Program-made: the position numbers and the translations under genes
Shown: in pieces, positions 13,494 to 26,684 of the stretch
Position numbering within the stretch: the stretch's first letter is position 1
Layout of the letters: every line of letters begins with the position of its first letter
The notes under the pieces: model-generated
What the model was told of the DNA's origin: nothing
Seen by the model: only the letters and a program-made list of their open reading frames with translations
Databases searched by the model: none
Origin: Prorocentrum cordatum
Lineage: Eukaryota
NCBI GenBank assembly: GCA_963575745.1
Contig: CAUYUJ010000304.1
Span: 62,001-115,651, forward strand
Length of the DNA: 53,651 nt
Reading direction: 5' to 3'

Positions 13494-16400
13494 CTATCTG
13501 TAGATGAAGAACTCCACTCCTCGCTCCTTGGCGACCTTCTTGGCAAGCGGACCCAGCTGCTCCCAGCTGTAGCCAGCGCCCCGTAGAACCATGGGGGGGG
13601 GGGGCTGACTGAGAAATCCAGGGCGAGGCATGGTGGCGAGGGGGGACTGAAACCGCCACCGATCCTGGCCCGGCGGACCCTGCACCCAGGATCGGCGTGT
13701 GCGCCTTCCTGCCGCCCTGGCTGAGCCCGGATTCGGCTGTTCCAAAAGGGGCTCCAGCTGAAAGGGGGTGGCGCACTAGATGTGGAGCAAGTGTATTGCA
13801 AATGTATTGCGCCAGAGAAATGTATTGAATTGGGTTGCAGCTCATGTCTCTCACGTGAAAGTCCAGCAGTGCATCCGCGCACCGGAATGTACTGCAGGCC
13901 CCAAATCTATTGCAACCCCCCCCCACATCGATCGCACCAACAACTCTATTGCACCACGCCCTTTCAGCTGGACCCCCTTTTGGGTCAACCAGACCTGAGG
14001 GCGCGCAAATATACATCAACTCCGGCCGGGATCGGCTCCGGCGCACGCCTGGCGCCGCCCTCGGCTCGGTCCCTCACTGCACACGGCCTAAAAACAGGCG
14101 CTCGCCGCCGAGGTGCTGCGGGGGCGAACCCCTTCCCGCGCCAGAGTCGGAGCAGGGCGAGCTGGCACGGCGACGGCTCAAGCTCGCTCGGCCCCCAGAC
14201 GCCTCCCAGGGGCGCCAGCGCACCAGTGCTCCGAGCTGCGCCCAGCCACGTGGCGACGAGGGAGCCCCCCAAAGACCAAGTAGTACCCTTTCTCTCACCT
14301 CGCCCTCTGCTGACCCACCGCGCCAAGGGTCATGGGCCACTCTGGCTGCCGGGCCACTCTTGCGGGGGCGCGCAGATGTGGATGAGCGATGCACGTATTC
14401 GGCGCGCGGTCGCCAAATCCATGGACCAGGGGAGGTGCCCTCCCCGAAATGCGGCCGGTGCCGCCTGGCTCGGGGGCGGAAATCCGTGATCTCCCATGGA
14501 AACGGGACCCGTCGCGAATCCACGCCCCCTTGATTCATCTTTGCGATCGCCTGATCTCTGACCCTCGGCCCTACTCAAGGGACGATCCCCCCCCATCCGC
14601 CTTCGGACATCGCGGGCGCGCCGGCGGGAGCGCCGCGCGGTCGGGTGCGCCGACGAGGAGAGCCAGGACAAGGGTTAGGTCGGGCATGTCCCCCTACCGG
14701 CGGATTTTGGACGGAAAATTAAAAATATGCCCCCAACGATCAGCTCTGCCACCCTCCCCTCCCCCCCCCGACTGCTCGGCCGCCGCCGCATGGGCATGTG
14801 CACCGACGCCCCGGTCTCGGCGGCCCGGCGCCCCACGGCGCGCAGCGCCTCCTCCGCCGCGCAGGCGTGCGCCTCCCCAGGGCGTCCGAACAGAACGAAG
14901 ATGTCAGCCATTCTTCCTCTTCCTCCTCCACCTCCTCCTCCCTTCCTTCGCTTCCTCCTCCTCCTCCTCCTCCTCCTCCTCCTCCTCCTCCTCCTCCTCC
15001 TCCTCCTCCCTTCCTCCTCCCTTCCTCCTCCCTTCCTCCTCCTCCTCCTCCTCCTCCCTTTCCTCCTCCCTTCTCCTCTCCTCCTTCTCTCCTCCTCCCT
15101 CCTCCTCCTCCTCCTCCTCCTCCTCCTCCTCCTCCTCTCCTCCTCCTCCTCCTCCTCCTCCTCCTCCTCTCTCCTCCTCTCCTCCTCCTCCTTCCTCACC
15201 TCCTCCTCCTCCTCCTCCTCATCCTCCTCCTCTCCGCCTCCTCCTCCCCTCCTCCTCCTCCTCCTCCTCCTCCTCCTCCTCCCCCATCCCTCCTCCTCCT
15301 CCTCCTCCTCCCCTCCTCCTCCTCCTCCTCCTCCTCCTCCTCCTCCTCCTCCTCCTCCTCCTCCTCCTCCTCCTCCTCCTGTCAGCCATTGTGGACACCA
15401 GGCAGCGAGTCATTGAGATGTGGAGGTGACACCTGTGCGGTGCAAACTGAGGGTTGTAGGCCATGTCGTGTAAGCTATGCAGTGTGAACTATGGGGGTAG
15501 GCTGTGCTGTGCAGCATAAGCCGTGTAGGCTATGCCCTGTGTCGTATGAGCCGATGGTGGAGGCTATGCTGCCTAAGCTACGTGGTGCAAGCTATGCTGC
15601 GTAAGTTATGCGGTGTACGCTATGCAACTTAACGCAAGCTAAGTCGCGCAAGCTCTGCGGTGTAAGCTCTGTGGTGTCGTGGCGCAGCCTCGGCAACCCC
15701 CCCCCCAGCGCACGGGTCGCCCACGAGCGCCCACGAGGCGGCGCGAGCGGCAAAGCGGCGCAGCCTCGGCAACCCCCCCCCCCACCAAGCGCTCGGGGCG
15801 CCCACGAGGCGCCCACGAGAGGCGGCACGAGCGGCAGCGTGGCGCAGCCTCGGCTGACCCCCCTAAAGAGAACGAAGCGCCCACGAGGCGCCCACGACGC
15901 CCAACGAGGCGGCAACTTGGCGAGAACCCAGAATACCTTTTTTTGATTAGACAAAAAACAAAAAACAGAAGAAGAAACAAACAAAAAAAACTGAGTGCAA
16001 GCACTGCCTTGAGAAAACATTGCAGATGTTTGGCGTTGGGCGTTGGGTGGTGAAGATGCCGATCCCAGACCTCTCAACGTACAGATGACCTCTCAACGTA
16101 CAGAAAAAAAAGGAAGACCCTATTTTCGGGCCCTGGGACCATCAGAGGGCGGCTCGGGATGCAGAGCTGGCCCTTGGCGGAGAGGGCCGAGACTGAGGAG
16201 GTCAGGCCCTGCGGGGCCCAGCGACGCAGCCGGAGCCGCGTCGCGCAGCAGGCACTTGCGAGAACAAATCTTGCTGCCAGAATTATGTCGGGCGTGTCCC
16301 CCTACAGGGGGATCTTCCACGAAAAATAAAGAATACCCCAAAAATTCGCCAAAAAGGTGAAAAAATATTAAAAGATGCTCTCCAGACAATTTTTGGACTA

Positions 16401-19400
16401 TTGTTCAATTAATTTTGGGGCATCTTTTATTTTTCGTCGAATTTTTCCCCATATCCTAAGATGGGGTTCTTGTTATTACTTGGACGCCTCCTACTCCTCC
16501 TCCTTCCTCCTCCTCTTTTCTCCTCCCCTCCTGTCGGGCTTACTCATACTCAGACTTGCTCATACACAGACTTACTCATACTCAGACTTACTCATACTCA
16601 GACCTACTCATACTCAGACTTACTCACACTCAGACATACTCATACACAGACTTACTCATACACAGACTTACTCACACCCAGCCGTACTCATACACAGACT
16701 CACTCATACCCAGACTTACTCATACACAGTATTACTCATACTCAGACTTATTCACACCCAGACGTACACATACACAGACTTTCTCATACACAAACCTACT
16801 CATACCCTGACTTACTCACACACAGACTTACTCATACACAGACTTACTCATACTCAGCACCCCTAAGGGGAGCCGCCAGGAGTGGTTGCACGGGCTCGTT
16901 CGCGGCCATTTTGTGGGGATGTCTCAGGCGGTTTGCCTGTTTCTGGGCCCGACATCCTTCGCTTGGAGAGCAGATTGTGAGGATGTCTCAGGCGGGGCGC
17001 TGGTTTCAGCACCCCTAAGGGGAGCCGCCAGGGGTGGTTGCACGGGCTCGTTCGCGGCCATTTTGTGGGGATGTCTCAGGCGGTTTGCCTGTTTCTGGGC
17101 CCAACATCCTTCGCTTGGAGAGCAGATTGTGAGGATGTCTCAGGCGGGGCGCTGGTTTCAGCACCCCTAAGGGGAGCCGCCAGGGGTGGTTGCACGGGCT
17201 CGTTCGCGGCCATTTAGTGGGGATGTCTCAGGCGGTTTGCCTGTTTCTGTGCCCAACATCCTTCGCTTTCGGAGCAGATTTGGAGGATGTCTCGAGCGAG
17301 GCGCTCATTTTCACCCCCCAGGTGGGCCAGATTTTGAGGATGGCTCGATCGGTTTGCTAGTTTGGGTGGCCAGGCTCGTGGGCGCAGATTCTTCTCAGGA
17401 TGCCACAGGAGGCTCCAACAGGGAGGCTCCAGGAGACCACATGAGGTCCCAGGAGGCATCAGGAGGCCACAGAAAGACTCAAGAGGCTACAGGATGTCCC
17501 AAGAGGCTCCAGGAGGCCCCAGGAAGCTCCAGAAGGCTTCAGGCGGTTTGCCTGTTTCTGTGCCCAACATCCTTCGCTGTCGGAGCAGATTTGGAGGATG
17601 TCTCGAGCGAGGCGCTCATTTTCACCCCCCAGGTGGGCCAGATTTTGAGGATGGCTCGATCGGTTTGCTAGTTTTGGTGGCCAGGCTCGTGGGCGCAGAT
17701 TCTTCTCAGGATGCCACAGGAGGCTCCAACAGGCTCCAGGAGGCTCCAGGAGACCACATGAGGTCCCAGGAGGCATCAGGAGGCCACAGAAAGACTCAAG
17801 AGGCTACAGGATGTCCCAAGAGGCTCCAGGAGGCCCCAGGAAGCTCCAGAAGGCTTCAGGAAACCACAGGAGGCCCCAGGAGGCAACAGGAAGCGCCAGG
17901 AGGCCTCGGAAGGCAACGGGAGGCCCCGAGAGGCCCCAGGAGCAGGAGGCCTCAGAAGGCAACAGGAGTGGCTCCAATCCCATGTGTTTTACGTATGCTC
18001 CTATCGATTGGGCCTCACCTGGAGCACGATTCTTTGATGTTCTACGTATGTTTCTATAGTCCTTGGTGTTTTACGCGTGTTCCTATAGATTGCCCTTCTC
18101 CTGTGGCTCTAATCCGCAATGTTTTATGTACGTCTGTTGCTATAGATTGCGCCTCTCCTGGGGCACGAAACCTTCCTAGGAGGTCCCAGGAGGTCCCAAG
18201 AGGCTCCTGGAGACCCCAGGAAGCCCCAGTAGGTTTCAGGAGGCCCCAGGAGGCCCCAGGCTCATGCACAGAGACGCGCTTGTACTACTGAGGCTCATTC
18301 ACACTCCAATTCATTCGCAGTTAGATTGATGTCCAGACCGTCACAACTGACGCACGTTAATATTCGAAAGCGCTTGCGCCTAGACATTCACGGCGGACAG
18401 GTCCATGCGAGTAGATGCACATATGGGGAGCTCCACGCAGTGAATAATTTATTTTTCGTCGAAAATCCCCCTGTAGGGGGACACGCCCGACATAATGCCA
18501 GAAGGCACGTAAGGGCATACTTCCCATCCATACTCGGTCCCGTCCGGCACCCCACGGCTCCCAAGGACCATCGGTGAGCCCATCGCTTCCATCGGGCACC
18601 CGCCGGCAGGCCAGCCTCCAGTGCGGAATGCCCGCTGCAAAGAGCCCCAGGGAAGGGAACGTCTCCCGGGGGGTGCCCGGGCAAATGGGAGAGAGGCTCG
18701 CGCCGCATCGCCGATACACCGGCGACGTCGGCGAGGAATCGGCACCGCCGGCGTGGAAAAAAGCGGGCTCCGCGTCGAACCGCATCTCCGCTGCACCGGC
18801 GACGCGGCGCGATCCTCCAACTCCGTCTATTCGGACCTCATTTGGGAGGCTCGGGTTAAGGAACGGAGACCCTTCCTATACAATAGTAAACGAAGCTCTA
18901 CACAAACGTGTTAGCCATCGTGGACACCAAACAGTGCGCGTCTAGCAATACATGCTGTGCAATACATGCGGTGCGACCCACGTTGTGTAATCTACGTGGT
19001 GCAATCTATGTGGTCGAACCTACGCAATGCGACGTGTTGCGCAACATGTGTGGAGCTCTGCGGGCTGCAACTAGCACTGCCGAGCTCGAAAAAGTCAACT
19101 CCACCTCTCGCGCAATCATCCCACACGCGCCCACCGGAAACTTAGTTTGCAAAACCCATGCGGCGGCGATTGCGATGACTGCTTGGTGCTGACTGGTGCA
19201 TCGCTGCGGCCGCGCGAGCGCGCGCAGGCTCGCGCGCAGAGCGGCCAGCTAGTCTGGCGCGACCGACGCGGCCGCCGTGGCGCTGACCGCTGGGGACTTC
19301 CCAGCGCGTCTCGCTTGCCGCGCTAACGAGCGGGCAATTTCTCGCGAGTCGGTGACTCGGGCGGGCGGGGTATGATGGGAGCGTCGACGCCGGCAGACAC

Positions 19401-22400
19401 GATGATAATAGTAGCGATGCTGGCGACGAAGACACTGACGACGGCAGGGCCGATGACGGCGTCGATGCTGGTGATGACGATGATGGTGTCTGCGTGTCGG
19501 CGATGCAGGTTTTGCGGGATTTCGACATGCGCGCGTAGCGGACGGGTGGGTGGGACTAGTTGACCGTGACCAAGCCTTTCCAGCACGCGCGCAAAGGCGT
19601 TCGAATGATTTTGACATGCGCGCGCGAGTGGCCCGTCGCATTTGATGCACATGTTGAAACTCGATGGTTCTTTCAGGATTCGCACGTGCTTGCGCACAGA
19701 CCTTTCGTCCACAACCACGTTGCCATTTCAGATGTTTGTTATACATGTTCGGGGAACTCGGTTTAGGAGCCCCCACGAGACCGATGGTTGCGTTTAAAGA
19801 AATGAAGCATGCACGCGCAGCGACGCGCGCGCGCATGAAGTTCATCACGTTTTTTGCTGCAAAGGGCGATTGAAACTGATGACCCTTGCCGAACGAATGC
19901 GCGCACATAATGCGATTTGACGTGAACGAATGGGGCGTCGATAGTGGCGCGGCTGGCGGGGCGGCGGGACGTCAACTGCACATCCCCAGGGTGTGCGGAT
20001 AATCCTGGGGGGAAGAAATCCTGATTTCTTTTTGGAGGCGGAATATCTCCGGCGTGCAATATATAAGGTGTAATTCACAAATGCCCGCAAAGAGTTGTCA
20101 ACTCCACTGCGCGCGCAATCATCCCACCCGCCCACCCGCAACTCGATTCGCAAAACCCACGCGACGGGGATTGCGATGAGTGCTTGGCGCTGGCTGGTGA
20201 ATGTCTGCGGCCGCGCTAGCCCGCGCGAGCTCGCGCGCGCAGCGGCCAGCTAGTGCGGCGCGACCGACGCGGCCGCGGTGGCGCTGACCTCTGGACACTT
20301 CGCAGGGGGCACTTCAGTGCGAGTCGGTGACGCAGGGGGGCGCGGTATCATGGCGACGCCGACAACAGTAGACCCGACGATGAGAGTAGCGATGACGGGG
20401 ACACCGGCGGCGATGACGACGGCAAGGCCAATGAAGGCGCCGACGTTGATCACGCCCGCCGATAACGACAGCGATGTCCTCGCGTCGGCGATGAAGGTTT
20501 TGGAAGGGGATCGACACGCGCGCGGCCGACGCGCGCGAGTGGCCCGCGCCGCCATTATCTGACACGGGTCGCGACGCCCCCAGCACGCGCGCAAAGGCGC
20601 TCGGATGAGTTCGACACGCGGCGCGAGAGCCCCGTCCGGCAGGATCGGATGAGATTGTTGAAAACCGGTCCCTTGAGACTTCGCACTTCGCGTACGTTTG
20701 TTAAAAATGGCGCTGCGAAACAATGCGCGTTAAGACGTGCTCGGGACACTCGGTTTGGGAAATCCCACGAAGCCTTTGGCTTTTGACAGATTCCGGCACG
20801 CGCGCGCGACGACGACGCGCGCGCACTTCGCCCCATTGTTTGCCACGGACTCTTGCGACAGCACGCGCGCAGAGGGGTTCGAACGATTTCGACACGCGCG
20901 CGCGAGAGGCCCGTTCGGTAGAACGTCGTGAACATGTTGAAAAGCCTGCGGCATTCTGAAAAATACAAGAGCGCGAGCGCAAGCTTGTTTTGAAAACCCT
21001 CGTAATGAAACCATGCGTAAAAAAAAACGCGGCATTCGGTTTTCAAACCCTTACCGAAACCGCAGGTGGCTGAAAGATTTTGGCACGCGCGCGACGTAGC
21101 GCGCGTGCAATTCGACCCGTGTTTAGCAAAGGGATGATTGGAAACTGTTGTTATGTCATAGACGAGTGCGCGCGCATAATATCGCAAGCAGAGGGTGAGG
21201 GAGGAGTCGACACCAGCCCGCCTGCGATGGTAGGACCTCAGATTTAGGATGGTCGACGGGGCAACATCGCACGAAAGTTGGCACACGAAGAACCGGGCGG
21301 TCAAATCCAGGGGGGGGGGTCGATCCCATTGCTCACTGAAGAAGGAGGATCTACTGCGTGGAAAACTATGTTCAGTGAGCTGTCAGATCGATTGCCCGCG
21401 CAAGCATCCCACCTAGCCACTGGCAACTGGGCTTGCACGAGCCCACGCGCCGGCGATTGCGCTGAACGCTGGGCGTCGGTTGGTGCATCTCCGCGGCCAC
21501 GGCCACGGCCACGGCCACGGCCACGGCCACGGCCACGGCCACGGCCACGGCCACGGCCAGCCACGGCCACGGCCGACCACAGGCCACGGCCGCGCTGGTC
21601 GACGCGCACTGCCCGAGCGCGCAGCGGCCTTCCTGGTTCGGCGCGGCCGGCGCGGGGCCGCGGCGGCGCTTTCTTTCCAGCGGGCCCTTCGGTGCGACTC
21701 GGTGACTCGCGGGGGGGCGGGGCAGCACGGCAACGACGTCAGCGGCACTCCAGATATCGTAATAAAAGGGAGGGGGGGTCTCGTTTCGGGGGGGCCTGGG
21801 GGGGTCTGGGGACGATGTTTCGGAGGGTTCTCCCACGGGGGGGGGGTCTGAAATAGCTCGTCTTGGAGGGTCCAGACCCCCTCCCCTTTTATTACGAAAT
21901 CTGGAGTAGACACCAGGACGATCGTAGCAAGGCTGGCGACGAGGACGACCGCGACGACGGCAGGGCCAGCGACGGCGCCGATGCGGATCACGCCGACAAC
22001 GATGACGGCGTCCTCGCGTCGGCGATGAAGGTTTTGGAAGGAGTTCGACATGCGCGCGCGGGGCCGAGGCGCGCGAGTGGCGCGCGCGGCATTATCTGAC
22101 ACGGAGCGCCCCCCCACAGCACGCGCGCAAGGGCGCTGGGATGAGTTCGACATGCGGCGCGAGAAACTCGTTTGGCAGAATTGAACGAAAATGGTCAAGA
22201 ACTGATGATGTTCGTCCGCATTCACAGAAGCGCGAGCGCAGGCTTTTTTTCAAAACTGGCGCTGCAAAGCCATGTTTTTTATGTTTCGGAACATTCGATT
22301 TTGAGATCCCGAAGAAACCTGAAGTGTTTGAAGGATTCCGGCGTGCGCGCGCGACGGCGCGCGCGCGCACTTCGACCCATTCGACTGCAAGGGATTATTG

Positions 22401-23240
22401 CGATAGCGCGCGCACAGGGGCGTTCGAATGATTTCGCCACGCGTGCGCGAGAGGTCCGCTTGGTAGCATGTCATGAAAATCTTGGGGGAACTATGGTGTT
22501 TTAAGAATTCGCGCAAGCGCAGGCGCAAGCGTGTATTTGAAAACTCGCGCTGCGAACCCACACGCTCTTAAATTTTGTCGGGGCGCTCGGCTTTGAAATC
22601 CATCCGAAGAGCAAGAGTTTTAAAAGATTTTGGCATGCGCGCGCGACGACGCGCGCGTGAACACTTCGTCCCATTCGTTGTCAAGGATTATTGAAAACTG
22701 GTGATTGCTGATAAACAAATCCCCGCGCATGCTTTTGCAGAGGATGAGGCGGGGGGGGACATATCGGCCTGCCTGGGACGGCACGAATTCACAATTCAAG
22801 GTGGGCGATGGGGCAGAATCAGATGTAAATTGCAAGACGAAAAAGAGAGTCGTTAATTCCAGGGGGGGGTCTAGAAAGGAGAACCGATGTGGCGCAAACG
22901 ATGCTGCGAAACCTATGTGGTGCAATAGAAGCTGCGTAATCATATGTTGTGCGATCTATGCTGCACAACCAATGTGGTGCAGTATATGTTGTGCGACATG
23001 CGTGGTGCAGCCTACGTTGTGCGACTCACTTTGACTGTCTTGAAGCTGTCCTATCCACTGCTCGTGCAAACATCCCACCCTCCCACTCGCAACTTGGTCG
23101 CAAGACCTCTTCAGACCGCGACGGCAGGTACCAAATGGCACTTTGCAACAACACCGACGCCGACGCCGACAGCGACAGCGACGACGACGACGACGCCACC
23201 GACAACGACTACGACGACACCGACAATGTCTCCAACGACT

Positions 23241-23272
<32 letters not shown>

Positions 23273-23508
23273 ACCGACGACGACGACGACGCCGACGACG
23301 ACGATGACAACGCCGACGACGACACCGACGACGACGACGACGACGTCGCCAACGAAGACGACGACGACGACGAGGGAGGATGGAGGACGACAACGGCGAC
23401 AACGACGACAACGACGAGGGAGGAGGGAGGACGGCGACGACGCGAACGACGAAGAAGGAGGGAGGACGGCGACGCCGACGACGACAACGCCGAGTGAGGA
23501 GGGAAGAC

Positions 23509-23540
<32 letters not shown>

Positions 23541-24167
23541 CGGCGACGAAATAACCCCAGGAAGCATTTAAGAAACCCCCCGGCGATATCTTAGCACCGC
23601 ATTTTTATTCGATATTCCGAGGGGCCGAAATAACCGCACGATAGGTTTAGCACCCGGACACACAACAAATTCGCGGAGGCCTGGCCCCTGGGCTACAATC
23701 GAAATTCGAAATTCAAATCTGCGTGGCTCTCATGAAAGACTCAGGATGTCGCTTGGAGGAGGAGGAGGAGGAGGAGGAGGAGGAGGAGGAGGAGGAGGGG
23801 GCAGGAGGAAGTTCGTGGGTGGAGGAGAGGAGGAGGAGGAGGAGGAGGAGGAGAGGAGGAGGAGGAGGAGGAGGAGGGCTCCTGGTGCCAGGTAACGCTT
23901 CCAGGGTGCGGAAGGGTTATCGATTTGCCGGAAGGGGGGGGGGGTTCTTAAATGCTTCCTGGGGTTAGGAGGGACGACGAAAAGACGCCGACGACGGACG
24001 ACGACGAAAACGACGACGACGACGACGACGACGAGGGAGAAGGAAGGACGACCACGGCGACAACGACGACGGAAACGACGACGACACCAAAGAGGACGAC
24101 GACGACGACGACGACGAGGAAAGACAGAGGACGACGACGGCGACTACGACGACGAGGGAGGAGGGAG

Positions 24168-24214
<47 letters not shown>

Positions 24215-26684
24215 AAGAGCGCGCGCGCACGCATTTATTGAAAACCCGCGTTGCGAAACCCTGTGTTTCTGCATGGTGTTTGACACTCTATTTCTTTCTC
24301 TTCGAAAACGAAGGTGTTTGAAGGATTTCGGCATGCCCGCGCGACGACGTGCGCATGTGTGCACTTCGTCCTATTTTTGGGAGGCGGTTTTCGCGACGGC
24401 ACGCGTGCAAGGGCGTTCAAGAGATTCGAGATGCGCGCGCGAAAAACATGTTTGGTAGTACGTTTTGAGAACATTGAAAAGCCGATTGTTGTTTCCTCAA
24501 ATTTCGCAAGACCGTGCGCGTAAATTTGTGTTAGAAATTTCGTGTTGCGAAACCATTTGGTGTTGTATGCTGTATGGGATTTCTATTTTGACATCTCTCC
24601 GAAAACTCGGGTTTTCTTTCTGATGTCGGCATGCGCGCGCGACGACGTTCGCGCGAACGCTTCGTCCAACTTGTTAAAGGATTTTTGGCAACTTATGATG
24701 TGTGATGAAGGAGTGCGCGCGCATAGTATGTTTTGCAAAAGATGGCAAGGGGGTGGGGGGCGATACTGGCTGGGCTGGGATACTACGAGTTCAAAGGTAA
24801 GGCGGACAGTGGGTCAGAATCCGCGGGGGGGGAGGGGGGTATAACCTATTCTCCTTTTAAATAGGAGAATCTATGTGGAACCATCTATTTGGTGCAATAG
24901 ATGTTGGGCAATCTACGTGGCGCAGTTCAGTTCACCTTATAGAAATTGGAATTGTCAACCACTTGCTCGCGCAATCACCCCACCCACCAACCGGAAACTT
25001 GGTTTGCAAAACCCATGCGGCGGCGATTGCGATGACTGCTCGGCGCTGACTGGTGCATCGCTGCGGCCGCGCGAGCGCGCGCAGGCTCGCGCACACATTG
25101 CCAGCTAGTTTAGCGCGACCGACGCGGCCGCGGTGAAGCACTTCCCAGCGCGTCTCGCAGGCCGCGCTGACGCGCGGGCACTTCAGTGCGAGTCGGTGAC
25201 TAGGCCCGGCGCGGTAGCATGGTGACGTCGACAGCGGCAGACACGATAATGACAGTAGCGATGCTGGTGACGAGGATGACGATGACGACGGCAAGGCCAA
25301 TGACGGCGGCGCTGCTGGTAACGCCGCTGACGATGATGGCGCCCACGCGTCGGTGATGAAAGTCTTGGAAGCATTCCGACATGCGCGCGCGGCCGACGCG
25401 AGCGACTAGCCCGCATAGTACGATCTGACAGGGATACATTGTACATGTATGATGTTGATAAATGGGTCCACGCACACAGTACACTTTGACAGGGATGACA
25501 GAGGGGCCTGGTTGCGACTGTTTAAAACCATGTTTACAATGAGCGATGGGGCCGTATCAAATGTAAAGGGTACCGATAATTCCGGGGGGGGATCCGAATT
25601 TCTTCCTAGAAAGGAGAAAATATGTGGTGCAACCTGTGGCGGCGACGAGGCGACGACGGGTCGGCGACGGCGGCAGCGTAGCCGCCAGACCGACCGTCAG
25701 GCCAAGACGGCGAGCGGCAACGAGGCGGCGACGGGGCGGCGTCGGCGGCAACATGGCCACCTGACCGACCGTCAGGCCCAGTTCCTTAGAACAGGACGAA
25801 GAATCCCTAAGCGCAAGCACTGTTCGGGGACTGACCTTTCGGAGGTCCTCGCCGGTTTCTCGGATAGGCACTGAGCCCCCTCGGAGCGCGCCATGGGCGG
25901 CGCTGGAGGCGCCCCAGGTGTATGGTTTGACTAGTCTGAATATTCCTCCTGTAGAGGGACATGCCCGACGTAAGGGCAGGGCTCGCAATCGGTCGCAGAC
26001 GGGTGGTAGATTCCATCGGGCCGGGGCCTCCCGGATGCGCCCCGAGGAGCCCTTTGCGACGTGCGACTTGCTGCCCTGCTGCCCGATCATGTTCGCCACC
26101 TCCACCAGGGGAGCGACCTTCATGCAGGATGACGTCTAAGACAAAAACAAATTCAAAACAAATATTGGTTCAAGATTTGGAATACAATATATATGAAGGA
26201 GAAGAGAACTCAGAAAAAAATGTCTACCGCTGGGAGAAGCTCAAGGTGGAAGACGACACACCAGCGAGCATGTCTGGAAACGCATGTGTCAATCATCGCC
26301 CAGAAGGCGCTGCTGCGTGACGGTCAGAAGACCAGGGTACAGGACCCGCTTTCCTCGGGATCCAGCGTCTCACCCTAAAGACCAGACCTTGCGAAACAAA
26401 AATCAACCAGTGCCAACGACACCTCTTTCTGCTCCGTGCTTCTAGCCGAATCGACCCGTGACCGTCAGTGTCCCGGAGCCCGAAGCAAGGCAACATCACC
26501 CCTTGCCAAAACACGCTGCGGCGCCAGGATCTCAGGGCACGGCGAGCGCGACCTGCACAAACTGCACCGCACCCAGCCGGAAGCCGCTCTGCGGCCGGTC
26601 CCGGTGCCACTCGAAGTAGGCGCGCGAGGGGGCGGGGCCCCACTCGCGCTTGATCTCCTGGAAGAAGCCCCGCCCGCCGTTGCC
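13494..26684 (-). CDS. Host macrodomain protein (Poa1p/TARG1-like, Appr-1''-p processing type), 5'-partial and highly fragmented into exons
   Basis: Collinear exons: 26684-26553 GNGGRGFFQEIKREWGPAPSRAYFEWHRDRPQSGFRLGAVQFVQ; 26117-~26051 VAPLVEVANMIGQQGSKS; ~14857-14790 EEALRAVGRRAAETGASVHMP; 13664-13654 IGG; ~13582-13494 GAGYSWEQLGPLAKKVAKERGVEFFIYR*. These follow the GxWGxGF / LGxVQFV / VANMIGQ / ASVHMPRIGxGxAGxxW motif order I recall for this family. Confidence 0.8.
16286..18492. mobile_element. Non-autonomous TIR element (TGTCGGGCGTGTCCCCTACAGGGGGAT.. TIRs, TA flanks) filled with tandem repeats
   Basis: ~45-bp imperfect TIRs. The same terminus recurs at ~5686, ~11265, ~11939, ~14678, ~25968 and 27347-27558. 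Confidence 0.65.
16540..17860. repeat. Compound tandem array: ~16-bp TACTCATACACAGACT minisatellite, 152-bp units and a ~310-bp duplication
   Basis: 152-bp unit starts at 16855, 17007 and 17159; duplicated block ~17229-17539 and 17539-17858. Confidence 0.9.
21748..21906. mobile_element. MITE family B (CTCCAGATTTCGTAATAAAA TIRs, TA target; Tc1/mariner-Stowaway-like)
   Basis: ~30-bp TIRs with CA/TA flanks. Other copies are at 37044-37223 and 42710-42895. Confidence 0.8.
23554..23965. mobile_element. MITE with a perfect 21-bp TIR (ACCCCAGGAAGCATTTAAGAA) and TA TSD, inserted into a (GAC)n tract
   Basis: TIRs and TA/TA flanks read directly from the sequence. Confidence 0.85.

Larger units (their letters stand above)
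18900..25630 (+). repeat. Old tandem array of ~1-2-kb diverged units (GCGCGC- and GAC-rich)
   Basis: The block GCAATCATCCCAC..TTGCAAAACCCATGCGGCGGCGATTGCGATG recurs at ~19112, ~20115, ~21400, ~23067 and ~24971. Confidence 0.75.

Noticed and set aside
16375..18291. ORFs with THTQTYS and QEAPG repeats
   Set aside because: They are open in several frames because of stop-poor tandem repeats inside a non-autonomous TIR element.
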